Part shown: one piece after another, positions 1-9,478 of the stretch | Layout of the letters: the number at the start of each line of letters is the position of its first letter | Position numbering within the stretch: the first letter of the stretch is position 1 | NCBI GenBank assembly: GCA_036677065.1 | Contig: JAKFBS010000001.1 | Coordinates: 480,001-544,000, forward strand | Length of the DNA: 64,000 nt | Direction: 5' to 3' | From: Bdellovibrio sp. | Lineage (GTDB): Bacteria > Bdellovibrionota > Bdellovibrionia > Bdellovibrionales > Bdellovibrionaceae | The notes under the pieces: model-generated | Told to the model about the DNA's origin: nothing | What the model saw: only the letters and a program-made list of their open reading frames with translations | The model's database searches: none | Translations under genes and position numbers: made by a program

Positions 1-1
1 T

Positions 2-340
2 GGATTCAGTGAAGAAATTCAATCTTGCATTGATATTTGCCTTCTGTGTCACAAAACATGCGAGGAAATTATTCCCTACTGTCTTGAAAAAGGCGGGACA
101 CACGCGGAGCGCAAACATATCGAATTGCTTTTGACCTGTTCCGATATATGTCGCACCTCTGCACATTCTATGATGTGGCATTCAGAATTTAAGGAAAAGG
201 TGTGTGAGCTTTGTTCTGATATTTGCGCAAAATGCGCTGAAGATTGTGAAAGGATGAGCGCAGATCAAACCATGCGACTTTGTGCAGAAATATGTCGCGA
301 GTGCGAACAAAGCTGCAGAAAAATGGCAGCTAAACATTAG
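2..340 (+). CDS. Four-helix-bundle Cys-rich copper-storage protein (DUF326/Csp3-like), 5' end truncated by window edge
   Basis: The frame is open from base 2 (GFSEEIQSCIDICLLCHKTCEE...). It has repeated CxxxC/CxxC helical Cys patterns and ends ...CAEICRECEQSCRKMAA. Confidence 0.8.
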   Translation, partial: GFSEEIQSCIDICLLCHKTCEEIIPYCLEKGGTHAERKHIELLLTCSDICRTSAHSMMWHSEFKEKVCELCSDICAKCAEDCERMSADQTMRLCAEICRECEQSCRKMAAKH

Positions 341-353
341 CCGAATGCTTAAT

Positions 354-1055
354 TTACGAGTTTATTTTTCGGTCAGCAAAGTTCGTTAAAATATCAGAGT
401 ATTTATTTAATTCTAGAATTTCATCGTGGCTTCCGCCAAGATCTGGATGAAAAATTCTGGCTAATTTTTTCTTTGCCGTACCGATGACTTCTGAATTTAA
501 ACCGTCTCTAAGCTCAAAGCCGTTTTGTGAGAAATATTGCAAAGCTTTTTCAACTTCACGTGGAAACTCAACTTCTTTAGGTTGTTCGCTTTTAAGTTTT
601 TTATACTGATTTAGGCGCAGCTTTTGTTTTTGGTATTGTATTTTACGGTAAAGAGTTTGTTTTTCTTTGTAGGCTTCTTGGGCGGCTTCGCGGGCCTGTG
701 ATTGGGGCGTTGGCTTAGCTTTTTCTGCAGTTTTAGCAATAGCTTCGATTTTTTGAATTTCTGTTTTAGCGTCAAAAAAATCTGGATTTTTTAATTCTGT
801 GGCTAAGAGCGCGGCCCAGATGTGCTTACAGTATAAACCTTTTTTACCAGCCGGGCAGTTGCAATCAACCACCAGCGTATTACTAGATACAGATTTTGTT
901 TTTAAAACGACTTTTAACGGCGATGATACGCGAATAAAGACGATGACTTCAGTATCAGAGGGTTGGGCTACTGAAGTTTTACCTTGGCTAAATAGCGTGC
1001 GGCCGCTTGAGCGGACTTCGGGTTTAAAAAAATGCTCCCAAATTTGAACTGCCAT
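354..1055 (-). CDS. SWIM zinc-finger protein with C-terminal J-domain-like (HPD) module
   Basis: CNC-x8-CKH SWIM motif and C-terminal KKLARIFHPDLGGS. The ATG at 1055 is preferred over the ORF start at 1082. Confidence 0.7.
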   Translation of the reverse strand: MAVQIWEHFFKPEVRSSGRTLFSQGKTSVAQPSDTEVIVFIRVSSPLKVVLKTKSVSSNTLVVDCNCPAGKKGLYCKHIWAALLATELKNPDFFDAKTEIQKIEAIAKTAEKAKPTPQSQAREAAQEAYKEKQTLYRKIQYQKQKLRLNQYKKLKSEQPKEVEFPREVEKALQYFSQNGFELRDGLNSEVIGTAKKKLARIFHPDLGGSHDEILELNKYSDILTNFADRKINS

Positions 1056-1133
1056 GCCTAGACCTCTTAAGCAAAGATACAAAAAATTAGGCTTAAGAAC
1101 AAGCGGCGAATTTCGACCTTTTCATTCGAGAAA

Positions 1134-1148
1134 GTCTCATAATGATAC
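1134..1148. promoter_or_regulatory. Palindromic 6-3-6 site GTCTCA-TAA-TGATAC
   Basis: One mismatch from GTCTCA-N3-TGAGAC; similar sites at 31666 and 44320. Confidence 0.5.
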
Positions 1149-1243
1149 TTAAACCCGCGATGTGGCGAAAACTCCATCAAGAGTCTTAACAATGTTATGA
1201 TATCTGCATCATGATATGTGACATTAATACCGTATAGTAAGGT

Positions 1244-1873
1244 GTGCTCGTTAACTATCGTATAGCAATTTGGCGTTCGTTTTTTATCGCACTGATGCTG
1301 TGGTGTAACGATAGTTTTGCCAGACCACCTCAATTTTCAAATCCTATGGTGCATAGATTTAATTACGGTTTTGTAGGTTTATTTGGGCAAGGTCAAATGG
1401 GAAATGCTAAGGCAAATTCACCGTATAGAAATATGGATTTTACAACCTATCAAGCCTTTCTGGGGTTTAGAATTTCTAATTATAGATTTTCAGCTGCAGC
1501 TGAATACTCTTATGTAGCCCAGAAAACTAATGTAGAGGCTGTAGCCAATACGAATTTAACAGGACAAAGCTTCTCTTATGGTCCAAAAATCGAATACTAT
1601 GATGGTAAAGAAAGTATTGGTTTTATCTACCGTCTAAACAGTAACTTCAACTTGAACAAATTAGACGCGAATAATAATAAACAGTATTACGCTTCAAAAA
1701 CAGGAATGAATATCCAATACACCCGTCGTCTAAAAAATAATTTAGGAATTGTCATAGATTATGCTCGGGAAGAATACGGCAAAAGTTTACCCGATAAAAT
1801 TAAATGGGACCGGATAAGTATTGGTTTTATTTTTTCTAACTTTGATAAATATCCGTTTCCATTACCTAATTGA
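1244..1873 (+). CDS. Putative outer-membrane beta-barrel protein (paralog of 31032..31622)
   Basis: Signal peptide and alternating hydrophobic/aromatic beta-strands. Shares FGxGQMGN, TNLTG, IEYxxGK, GxVxDY and SNF with the 31 kb gene. Confidence 0.6.
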   Translation: MLVNYRIAIWRSFFIALMLWCNDSFARPPQFSNPMVHRFNYGFVGLFGQGQMGNAKANSPYRNMDFTTYQAFLGFRISNYRFSAAAEYSYVAQKTNVEAVANTNLTGQSFSYGPKIEYYDGKESIGFIYRLNSNFNLNKLDANNNKQYYASKTGMNIQYTRRLKNNLGIVIDYAREEYGKSLPDKIKWDRISIGFIFSNFDKYPFPLPN

Positions 1874-2714
1874 AGTCTTCGCTGATATTGAACTTCAGAC
1901 GTTCAGTATTGCAGTGAAACTCAATTTCACACGAGCGCAATGCGATCGCGTTTGTTTGAAAAGGTGATTTTGCGCCATACAGGGAGTCTCCCAGTATGGG
2001 CGCCTGCATATGTGATAGCTGCGATCTAATCTGGTGGGTGCGGCCAGTGAGTAAATTAATTTTGACCCAACTTAGATTTAGCGAAATTTCTTTTTGTTCT
2101 AGAATTTCTAATTCACAAATCGCCCAGCCTTCAATCGCTGTGGCTGATAACTTTTTAGGGCTTCCGGGGACTGGATTCATATAATGGGTTAGTCGTGCGG
2201 CAAGTTTATTAGAGCTTTCGATTAAGGCCACGTATTTCTTGCGAATGGTTCGTTCTTGCAGTTGGATATTAAAACTTTTTGTAAACGATTGTTTTTTTGC
2301 ATAGACGATTAAGCCCGAAGTTAAAGTATCAAGGCGATGGGTTACAAAAAGAGGAATTTTACGGGCAAGGCTTGTTTGGGTCAGCGAATTCTCAAGGGCG
2401 TTATCGCTTGTCGGGTGACTGGGGATACCTGAGGGTTTATTTAAGACTAAGCAAAAGTCATTTTCAAAAACGATTAAAGACTTCCACGGGTAACTGCAAT
2501 TGTATCTGCGCGGTTTCAAATGCACCCGCAGAATAGAATTTTGAAAAATAAAGCCATCTTTGATTTGTCGTTCATTGTTCACATAGATTGCACCGAGATC
2601 GATTAACATTTTAAAATCTGCCGAATTTACCGAGTATTCGTCGTAAAGGATTTCGCTTATTAAATTTGGTTCCTGAATATTAAAATGTCTAACACCGTCA
2701 TCTGAACTGGTCAT
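1866..2714 (-). CDS. RluA/RluD family 23S rRNA pseudouridine synthase
   Basis: NKPSG, HRLDTLTSG (catalytic Asp), TGRTHQIR and PILGDSLYG motifs. Confidence 0.93.
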   Translation of the reverse strand: MTSSDDGVRHFNIQEPNLISEILYDEYSVNSADFKMLIDLGAIYVNNERQIKDGFIFQNSILRVHLKPRRYNCSYPWKSLIVFENDFCLVLNKPSGIPSHPTSDNALENSLTQTSLARKIPLFVTHRLDTLTSGLIVYAKKQSFTKSFNIQLQERTIRKKYVALIESSNKLAARLTHYMNPVPGSPKKLSATAIEGWAICELEILEQKEISLNLSWVKINLLTGRTHQIRSQLSHMQAPILGDSLYGAKSPFQTNAIALRSCEIEFHCNTERLKFNISEDFN

Positions 2715-2768
2715 TTATTGATTGTAGCTTTTTAGCAGCTTTAGAGTCATTCTAAAAAAAGGGTAGTT

Positions 2769-3236
2769 ATGATGAAGAAAATTTATATTTTATTAGTGGT
2801 GGTATTAATTATTATAGGAATAAGCTTTTTTCTTATGAAACCGAAAACAGTTTCTGCAGTGCAAGCAATTGTTCCTGCCGGAATATCTGCAGTTGAAGCT
2901 AAACATATAGTTACAAATCTGAATTGGAATATTGCTCTTTCTGGCTGGAGTCGCTGGCTTGATGTAAGCGATTGCACCGAAATCGAATGCTCGATTAAAA
3001 TAATTTTTTCTTCAGAACAGATTTGTCCTGAAAGTGCAGCTGATGATGAATGGTGTGACGAGACTCAACTTAGCGGTAAAATACAATTTATCGCACATGG
3101 ATTTAATTTTGTTGAAGATAAGAAATCAGATTCTGTATTTTGTGCGTTAAAATCTACTGATGTTGCCGATTCTTGGAAGATAGAGGGCGTAAATTGCCCT
3201 TCAGACTTTAAAGAACTTCAAGGTTATAAAAAATAA
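2769..3236 (+). CDS. Hypothetical membrane-anchored/exported protein with 6 Cys
   Basis: N-terminal hydrophobic helix; no recognised motif. Confidence 0.6.
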   Translation: MMKKIYILLVVVLIIIGISFFLMKPKTVSAVQAIVPAGISAVEAKHIVTNLNWNIALSGWSRWLDVSDCTEIECSIKIIFSSEQICPESAADDEWCDETQLSGKIQFIAHGFNFVEDKKSDSVFCALKSTDVADSWKIEGVNCPSDFKELQGYKK

Positions 3237-3248
3237 TTTCTCTTATAT

Positions 3249-3632
3249 TTAATTTTTAAAAATGCTTTTATCGTAATAATACTGTGGCTCGATATAAATA
3301 TCGACGTAACATTCTTTAGAATACTGGACGCCGATTTCTTTATTATGAATTGTATCTTCGGGTTCTGGGTTGAACAGAACCATTTCAGATTCAAATTCAG
3401 GATTTGTGCAGTTTGGATCTAAAAAGGTAAAAAGCATAACCGGCACATTGCCAAGATCAGTCACTTCTTTGAAATAAAGCGGGCTATCAGTTTTTAATGT
3501 CAGATTTTCATCAAACGGAATATCATAAGCTACTGAATATTTTGTTTCAGGTTCTAATTCATCCCATGTAAGTACATCGGCCAAAACTGTCGTAGAAAAG
3601 ACAAAAATAAAAAGCAGTATAATTTTATTCAT
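3249..3632 (-). CDS. Hypothetical secreted acidic protein
   Basis: Sec signal peptide MNKIILLFIFVFSTTVLA from the ATG at 3632. Confidence 0.6.
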   Translation of the reverse strand: MNKIILLFIFVFSTTVLADVLTWDELEPETKYSVAYDIPFDENLTLKTDSPLYFKEVTDLGNVPVMLFTFLDPNCTNPEFESEMVLFNPEPEDTIHNKEIGVQYSKECYVDIYIEPQYYYDKSIFKN

Positions 3633-3687
3633 ACAATGATCATAACCAAAGCTTAAATCTACATACAAGAATTTCTTTAGTGGCCTT

Positions 3688-3703
3688 TGGACTTAGTCTT
3701 GCT
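3688..3703 (+). promoter_or_regulatory. Possible sigma54 -24/-12 promoter
   Basis: TGGACTTAGTCTTGCT has GG-N10-GC spacing with TTGC and lies about 25 nt before the DUF4142 gene. Confidence 0.4.
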
Positions 3704-3728
3704 GTAAGCTGATAAAATTATTGAAGAG

Positions 3729-4310
3729 GTGTTTATGAAATTAAAATACGTTATGGCGGCTTTAATCTCTGTTCTACTTATAGCGTCATGCCAAACGCCC
3801 CAAAACAGCGACAGTGTTGTGAATGCCAAGATTGATTCAGCAAATACGGCGCTTGAAAAAATTAGCCCTGCAAATACTAATTTTTTGATTTTAATGATTG
3901 ATGCGCGATTGATGAATCTTGCCACTGCTGAGCTTGCAGAAAAAAAGGGAACAACTAAGGCCATCAAAGATTACGGCCGTCAAATGCTGATGGACCAAGA
4001 AATTCTTATAGAAGAAATTCGAAGTTTAGCTCAGATGAATAGTGTGGCGCTACCGAACGAAATTAGTGATGAAAAAAAAGCTCAACTGAGTGAGCTGACT
4101 AAGTTAACAGGAAGCAAATTCGATAAACGATTTCTGACGTTAAGCGCGCAAGATCATGAACGCGATATTAAAAACTTTCGTGAAGTAAAAGCTAGTGCGG
4201 GTTATGCGAACGATCCTGCCCTGGAAATTTATGCAAAAACACGGCTGCCAATGATCGAAGGGCATTTATCGCAAGTTCATAGATTGTTAAAAAAACGCAA
4301 TTATAGATAA
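3729..4310 (+). CDS. DUF4142 (ferritin-like) lipoprotein
   Basis: Lipobox LIASC; ELAEKKG...IKDYGRQM, L.GSKFDKRFL...DHE and LPMIEGHL patterns. Confidence 0.8.
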   Translation: MFMKLKYVMAALISVLLIASCQTPQNSDSVVNAKIDSANTALEKISPANTNFLILMIDARLMNLATAELAEKKGTTKAIKDYGRQMLMDQEILIEEIRSLAQMNSVALPNEISDEKKAQLSELTKLTGSKFDKRFLTLSAQDHERDIKNFREVKASAGYANDPALEIYAKTRLPMIEGHLSQVHRLLKKRNYR

Positions 4311-4366
4311 ACCTATCCGTATTTAAATTTTTGCGCTATATTTTTATTCAAATTGATGAGGACTTT

Positions 4367-6010
4367 ATGAAAATCGTGTTTTCAATTGTATTAGCGGCTT
4401 TAATTATATTTTCTTTTATATTCGCAGAAGCGGCAGACACGGCATGGAAAATTAAAAAAACCACCTGGTCTGAAACAGATGAAAAATTATATTCAGAATT
4501 TGTTAATTTGATCGGCCAAGCGGTTGAAAAAAATGAATGTAAATCCTTTCAAGAATGCATTCAGCATCCGAATAATCCTTATCGCGGCAGTGACTCAGAG
4601 CAATTAGATATTCACGTCGACTGTGCGCGCTTATCTTACGCCTTACGTGCCTACTTCGCCTGGAAGAACGGTTTGCCTTTTTCGCACGTAAGCCAAGTTG
4701 TGCCGCGGGTTCCTTCTGACAATGATGGTGATAATTTGCGGTATACGAAAAATGGAAACGTTGTATATAGGCGTTTAAGTGTACTGGCTTCAAAAAATAA
4801 ATTGCCTGATGGGCCTAGCTATATCACGCAAACTTTAATGAAATCTGTTTACACGGCGGTGTTTCGCATCGAAGATGAAATTGAAAATCGCCCAGGCTAT
4901 GAATCTGATTATTACCCTTCTGATATTTCGCGTGGTGCAATTCGCCCAGGCACTGCAATTTATGATCCTGCAGGGCATGTGGCTATTGTTTATAAAGTTA
5001 CTGATGACGGTAAAATCTATTTTATCGATGCCCATCCTGATAACTCGTTAACATCAAGCATGTACGGAACAAAATACGTACGCAGCCGTCCGGCACAAGG
5101 CGCAGGATTTAAAAATTTCAGAAAGCAAGAACTTGTCGGTGCCAGCTTCGATACAGCCTTAGGATCTTATGTCGGTGGTAAAATTACAGTTAGTCCGGTC
5201 AGTGCCCACAAAGAATTTAGCATCGTGCAAAAGTACGGCACCGATAATACGCCTATTCCTAACTGGAAAGAAGGTCCGTTTATTTTAGCGGGCGTGAAAA
5301 TGGATTATTATGATTATTTACGGGCGAAAATGTCTAAAGGGGTGCTGCGTATTAATCCGGTTGAAGAAGTTAAAGCCATTACCCTAGATCTTTGTGCGTC
5401 TGCTTTAGATCGCGTTGATTCGGTGCAAGTCGCGGTCTCTGAAAGAATTCATTTAAAAGAGCATCCAGCAAGATTGCCTAATAATATTTATGGCACCAGC
5501 GGTGAATGGGAAACTTATTCGACACCATCACGTGATGCGCGTATTAAAATTTCGTTTAAAGAATTACGTGATAAAGTTGAAAGGATTTTTATCGCCTATC
5601 AAAAAGGCGATCCGCAAATTGATTATAGTGGCGCTGATATCAAAGCGGATATGTTAAAATCTTATTTACAAAATGCTCAAGGGTGCAAAATCAAATACAG
5701 CAAATCAAATGGCATAGCTGTCGAACTAAGTTTAGAAACTATTCGCCAAAGATTATTTGCTTTAAGTTTTGATCCCTATCATTGTCCAGAATTACGTTGG
5801 GGCGCAAATACCGAACAAGAATATGCTGGCTGTAAAGACGGATCAACCAAACGCGAATGGTATAAGCGTGAAGTGTGGTTAAGAAACCAACTTGAACGAA
5901 CATATGATGTACAAATGGGTTTTACTTTAGACGAGCTGACGGGGCCAAAACCTGGCGCTGGCGTAGCTAATCCTCCAGACATAGATATCGTAAAATACCT
6001 TTCGAATTAA
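4367..6010 (+). CDS. Secreted protein with putative NlpC/P60-like Cys-His catalytic motifs
   Basis: GAGG RBS before the ATG at 4367 and a signal peptide. DCARLSY, GHVAIVY and FIDAH occur in papain-like order. Confidence 0.55.
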   Translation: MKIVFSIVLAALIIFSFIFAEAADTAWKIKKTTWSETDEKLYSEFVNLIGQAVEKNECKSFQECIQHPNNPYRGSDSEQLDIHVDCARLSYALRAYFAWKNGLPFSHVSQVVPRVPSDNDGDNLRYTKNGNVVYRRLSVLASKNKLPDGPSYITQTLMKSVYTAVFRIEDEIENRPGYESDYYPSDISRGAIRPGTAIYDPAGHVAIVYKVTDDGKIYFIDAHPDNSLTSSMYGTKYVRSRPAQGAGFKNFRKQELVGASFDTALGSYVGGKITVSPVSAHKEFSIVQKYGTDNTPIPNWKEGPFILAGVKMDYYDYLRAKMSKGVLRINPVEEVKAITLDLCASALDRVDSVQVAVSERIHLKEHPARLPNNIYGTSGEWETYSTPSRDARIKISFKELRDKVERIFIAYQKGDPQIDYSGADIKADMLKSYLQNAQGCKIKYSKSNGIAVELSLETIRQRLFALSFDPYHCPELRWGANTEQEYAGCKDGSTKREWYKREVWLRNQLERTYDVQMGFTLDELTGPKPGAGVANPPDIDIVKYLSN

Positions 6011-6083
6011 GACCATAGTCTTATTTATTCGCTGTCTAAGGGGCTTTTGTATTATCTGAATCGTCGTTTGTTATGATAGTTCA

Positions 6084-6812
6084 ATGAACTTAGACGACTA
6101 CCGACGAAAAAAAGATGAACTTTTGGCCGAAGCCCCTAAATACAGAAATCTTTGCACCAAGTGCATTCAGCCTGATTTCGGTTGTTACTGTAAAAATATT
6201 CAGCCGATCGATTGTGCGATCAACTTTGTTATTCTAATTCACCCAATTGAAGCTAAGCGCAGAATTGCTACCGGCAGAATGTCGCATCTTTGTCTTAAAG
6301 GATCACATCTGATCAAAGGGCAAAATTATTCTAACAATGAGCAAATTAATTCGCTGATTGCTGATCCCGAGTATCATTCAGTTATTTTATATCCGGGACA
6401 ACAATCAACAAACCTATCGTTAATGTCAGCCACTGAACGCCAAGAGCAGTTTTTAGCGAATAAAAAATTACGCATATTTGTCATTGATGGAACATGGGCC
6501 ACTGCGGGACGTATGGTGCATCAAAGTGAAAACTTAAAACAGCTTCCGCGAATTAGTTTTGTTCCAACCAGCCCTTCAAATTTTAGAGTGCGAAAACAAC
6601 CTGAATCTTATTGTTATTCAACAATCGAAGCGATTCACCACACAATTGATTTATTTGCGAACTCGCAAAATACAAAACCGCATGACCATCTGTTAGAGGT
6701 TTTTAACAGTATGGTTGAAAAACAGCTGAGTTTTATCAGTGAAGTGAAATTGAATTTACGTGAGGCCAGCTATCGCCGAGAAGGCCAATTAGCCCGCGTG
6801 AAAGTAAGCTAA
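6084..6812 (+). CDS. DTW-domain tRNA-uridine aminocarboxypropyltransferase (TapT-like)
   Basis: CxxC-x5-CxC, HPxE, TGR, LYP, IDGTW and STIEA motifs. Confidence 0.9.
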   Translation: MNLDDYRRKKDELLAEAPKYRNLCTKCIQPDFGCYCKNIQPIDCAINFVILIHPIEAKRRIATGRMSHLCLKGSHLIKGQNYSNNEQINSLIADPEYHSVILYPGQQSTNLSLMSATERQEQFLANKKLRIFVIDGTWATAGRMVHQSENLKQLPRISFVPTSPSNFRVRKQPESYCYSTIEAIHHTIDLFANSQNTKPHDHLLEVFNSMVEKQLSFISEVKLNLREASYRREGQLARVKVS

Positions 6813-7033
6813 CAATGTCTTATTTTAGGCTATAGATTTATTTAAAAGTCTGTGTTATCCTTGATCCATGAGCAATTAATCTCAAAGAAGATGAATATCT
6901 TCTTTATCTGCATTTTATTTCGTTAAAAAATCATTAAATTTTATTTCTATTTATTATTGGGAGTCTGCCATGAGCACAAACCTCTGCATCCGTTCAATTC
7001 GTTTGATCAATCCTCTTTATTGCAGCAGGTTTT

Positions 7034-7333
7034 ATGAAGATAACTTTTATATTTATTTCTACATTTTTAACATGGGTCGCATTCGATCATAATCTATATC
7101 GCAGGCGCCGCGAAACGTATTCACTAGATAGCGTTGAACTTTCAATATCTGAGGGCGAAGCAACGGCACCACAAAAGAAAAAGATGGTGCTTAAGCGCTT
7201 GGATGTGATTCCAGCGCATTTGCGTAAGCGTGCGGTGAAACTGCGTACTAAGTGTAGCTATCGCAGTACAAAATCGCGTGATTCTAGAGATTCTAATCAA
7301 CGTAGTATTCGGCGAAAGTTTAATAATATGTGA
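7034..7333 (+). CDS. Small basic hypothetical protein
   Basis: 99-aa ORF with an AGG RBS and a hydrophobic N-terminus; fills the gap before the lysR stop. Confidence 0.35.
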   Translation: MKITFIFISTFLTWVAFDHNLYRRRRETYSLDSVELSISEGEATAPQKKKMVLKRLDVIPAHLRKRAVKLRTKCSYRSTKSRDSRDSNQRSIRRKFNNM

Positions 7334-8200
7334 TTAGTGCAGCGATCGTAAAGCTTTGGCGATTTCTCGGTGCAAGGCTAACTCTTGTGATTGTGTTTTT
7401 TTAATTAAAAATACAGGCTGCAGGCGTTCTTTTTGGTTTACCGGAATGGTCAGTTCAATCAGACGATACTCGGGTAAAACTTTTTCATTATGTAAACGCG
7501 CAATAAATTCTGGCAAGTAAGCAACGGCGTGACCTTCGCGGCAGAGTTCCATGGCTGACTCCATCATAGTTACGCGATACTTAATTTGGCGTTGAAATTT
7601 GTGTTCAGGCCAGCCATCAAGACCTAATACTTTTGAGGGCGTACCTTCGGATGGACTAAGCGGAACAACGAAAGGTAAATCATTGACGACAGTATTTTTA
7701 AATTTTTTTAAACCAAAAGCACCCATTTTAATTTTAGTGGCTTCGATAAAATCGATTCCAGCTTTAGGAATTGGTGTATAGGTAATGCCGACATCAACAT
7801 GTCCATCACTGACAGCTTGTTCTAAACGGCCCGGGCCGTATTCATGCAATTCTAAAGATTCAAGTTCAGTATGCTTTGTTAATACCGACAAAAAATAAGT
7901 TGTAAAAACCTCAAATGAACCGATGCGGGTAGGCGTTGTGGCCGTTCCTTGGCGCATTTTTTCTGGCACTTGCGACCATGCAGCTAATAGAGGTGCTGTT
8001 TCAGTTTTAAAGATATGCCCTTGTTCGGTTAAACGCAGGCCGCGGCCTTCAGCTTCAATAAGCGAGACGCCGACCTCTTGTTCGAGAAGGCGAAGTGCTT
8101 TAGACAAGGCAGGCTGCGAGATATGTAAGATTTCAGAGGCTTTGACCAGTGAACCAGTTTCGGCAAAGGAGTGAAAATAACGAACTCGATCTATATCCAT
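7334..8200 (-). CDS. LysR family transcriptional regulator
   Basis: N-terminal HTH GSLVKASEILHISQPALSKALRLLE...LTEQG; divergent from the P450 operon. Confidence 0.95.
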   Translation of the reverse strand: MDIDRVRYFHSFAETGSLVKASEILHISQPALSKALRLLEQEVGVSLIEAEGRGLRLTEQGHIFKTETAPLLAAWSQVPEKMRQGTATTPTRIGSFEVFTTYFLSVLTKHTELESLELHEYGPGRLEQAVSDGHVDVGITYTPIPKAGIDFIEATKIKMGAFGLKKFKNTVVNDLPFVVPLSPSEGTPSKVLGLDGWPEHKFQRQIKYRVTMMESAMELCREGHAVAYLPEFIARLHNEKVLPEYRLIELTIPVNQKERLQPVFLIKKTQSQELALHREIAKALRSLH

Positions 8201-8221
8201 AAGTTAATTATATATAACTTA
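8200..8221. promoter_or_regulatory. Inverted repeat, probable LysR operator in the divergent promoter
   Basis: TAAGTTA-N8-TAACTTA abutting the lysR start codon. Confidence 0.5.
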
Positions 8222-8275
8222 AACGAACTATTTTTCAAGTGTTTCCTGCGCTATCTATTAGCACTAGGAGATTGT

Positions 8276-9478
8276 ATGAAAAACTTCCAAAATTTAAGGG
8301 CTTTTATGAAGGCACCTCTGCATTTGATGACTGAACTTGAACAAGGTCAGAAATTTGTGCGCACCCGCTTAGGGCCGAAGAGTTTTGTGTTTGTGTATGA
8401 TGCAGCTTATGCGCGTGAAATTTTAGTTCAGGCAAGTCAGAAGTTTCCACAGAATCGTATGGTGTTTGATCGTATTCAGCCGTTAACGGGCCGCAAAGGT
8501 TTAGTGCAGATGGAAGGCGAAGAATCTAAAAACACGCGCATGCAGATGCGAACACTTTTCAGCAAAGCTCCACTGGCAGATGCACAAGCCATCACTGAAA
8601 AATACACGGATGATTTAATCGCTGAACTTAAAAAGAACCCAGCCGTTGATATTGCACAAGCCATGCATAATTTAATTTTACGTACTGCTTTAAAAATATT
8701 TTTAGATGTGGATGATCCGAAAATGGCTAGTGACATTGGGCATATGTTTGTCGAGTTAAATGAACTATGTGGCCATCGTATGCGTGCATTGCTACCAGTT
8801 CCGTTATTTATTCCGACCAAACAAACATTACGCATAAAAAAATTACGTGCAGAAATCAGAAGTCAGATTCTAAATCATTTAGAAAAAAGAACTAAAACCA
8901 TGCATGGGCAGTTAGTTGATGTTTTTGCTGATGACCCTAATTTGTTAGATCACTGCATGACTTTTATCTTTGCAGGTCATGAAACTACGGCTTCATCACT
9001 GGCCTTTACATTCTTATTATTGGCTAAATACCCTGAATACCAAAAACTGATTCAGCAAGATCCAAAAATGGCTACTTTAGTGTATAAAGAAAGTTTACGC
9101 CTGTATCCGCCGGCTTACATGCTTGCTAGGCAAGCTAACGTCGATACAGATTTTGGCGATTTTAAAATTAAAAAATCAGAACAAGTTATTATTGCGCTGG
9201 CGAGCATTCAGCAAAGCGAAAAATACTTTCAAGAGGCTAAACAGTTTAAGCCAGAACGTTTTGAACAAAAGTTCGAACAACCCGCAGCGTTTTTTCCATT
9301 CGGTGCAGGTGGTAAATCCTGCATCGGTGAAAGGCTTGCATATGTTGAAGCTGATGTGGTGATTAATAAAATCTGCACTCAGTTCGTAATCACCGGCAGC
9401 GCAGAAAAAATTATAGCTGATCCAATGATTACGTTAAATGCTCGTAGCGGTCAGACGTTGGTGTTCAATGTTAGATAG
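8276..9478 (+). CDS. Cytochrome P450
   Basis: AGGAG RBS before the ATG at 8276. Has I-helix AGHETTA, ExxR (ESLR), PERF and heme-ligand loop FGAGGKSCIG. Confidence 0.96.
   Translation: MKNFQNLRAFMKAPLHLMTELEQGQKFVRTRLGPKSFVFVYDAAYAREILVQASQKFPQNRMVFDRIQPLTGRKGLVQMEGEESKNTRMQMRTLFSKAPLADAQAITEKYTDDLIAELKKNPAVDIAQAMHNLILRTALKIFLDVDDPKMASDIGHMFVELNELCGHRMRALLPVPLFIPTKQTLRIKKLRAEIRSQILNHLEKRTKTMHGQLVDVFADDPNLLDHCMTFIFAGHETTASSLAFTFLLLAKYPEYQKLIQQDPKMATLVYKESLRLYPPAYMLARQANVDTDFGDFKIKKSEQVIIALASIQQSEKYFQEAKQFKPERFEQKFEQPAAFFPFGAGGKSCIGERLAYVEADVVINKICTQFVITGSAEKIIADPMITLNARSGQTLVFNVR

Noticed and set aside
6970..7092. 40-codon ORF with a GGAG RBS overlapping the 7034 ORF
   Set aside because: No recognisable motif and it conflicts with the 99-aa ORF; it cannot be supported without expression data.
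8171..8275. Longer P450 start overlapping lysR
   Set aside because: It would span the divergent promoter; a strong AGGAG RBS precedes the ATG at 8276.
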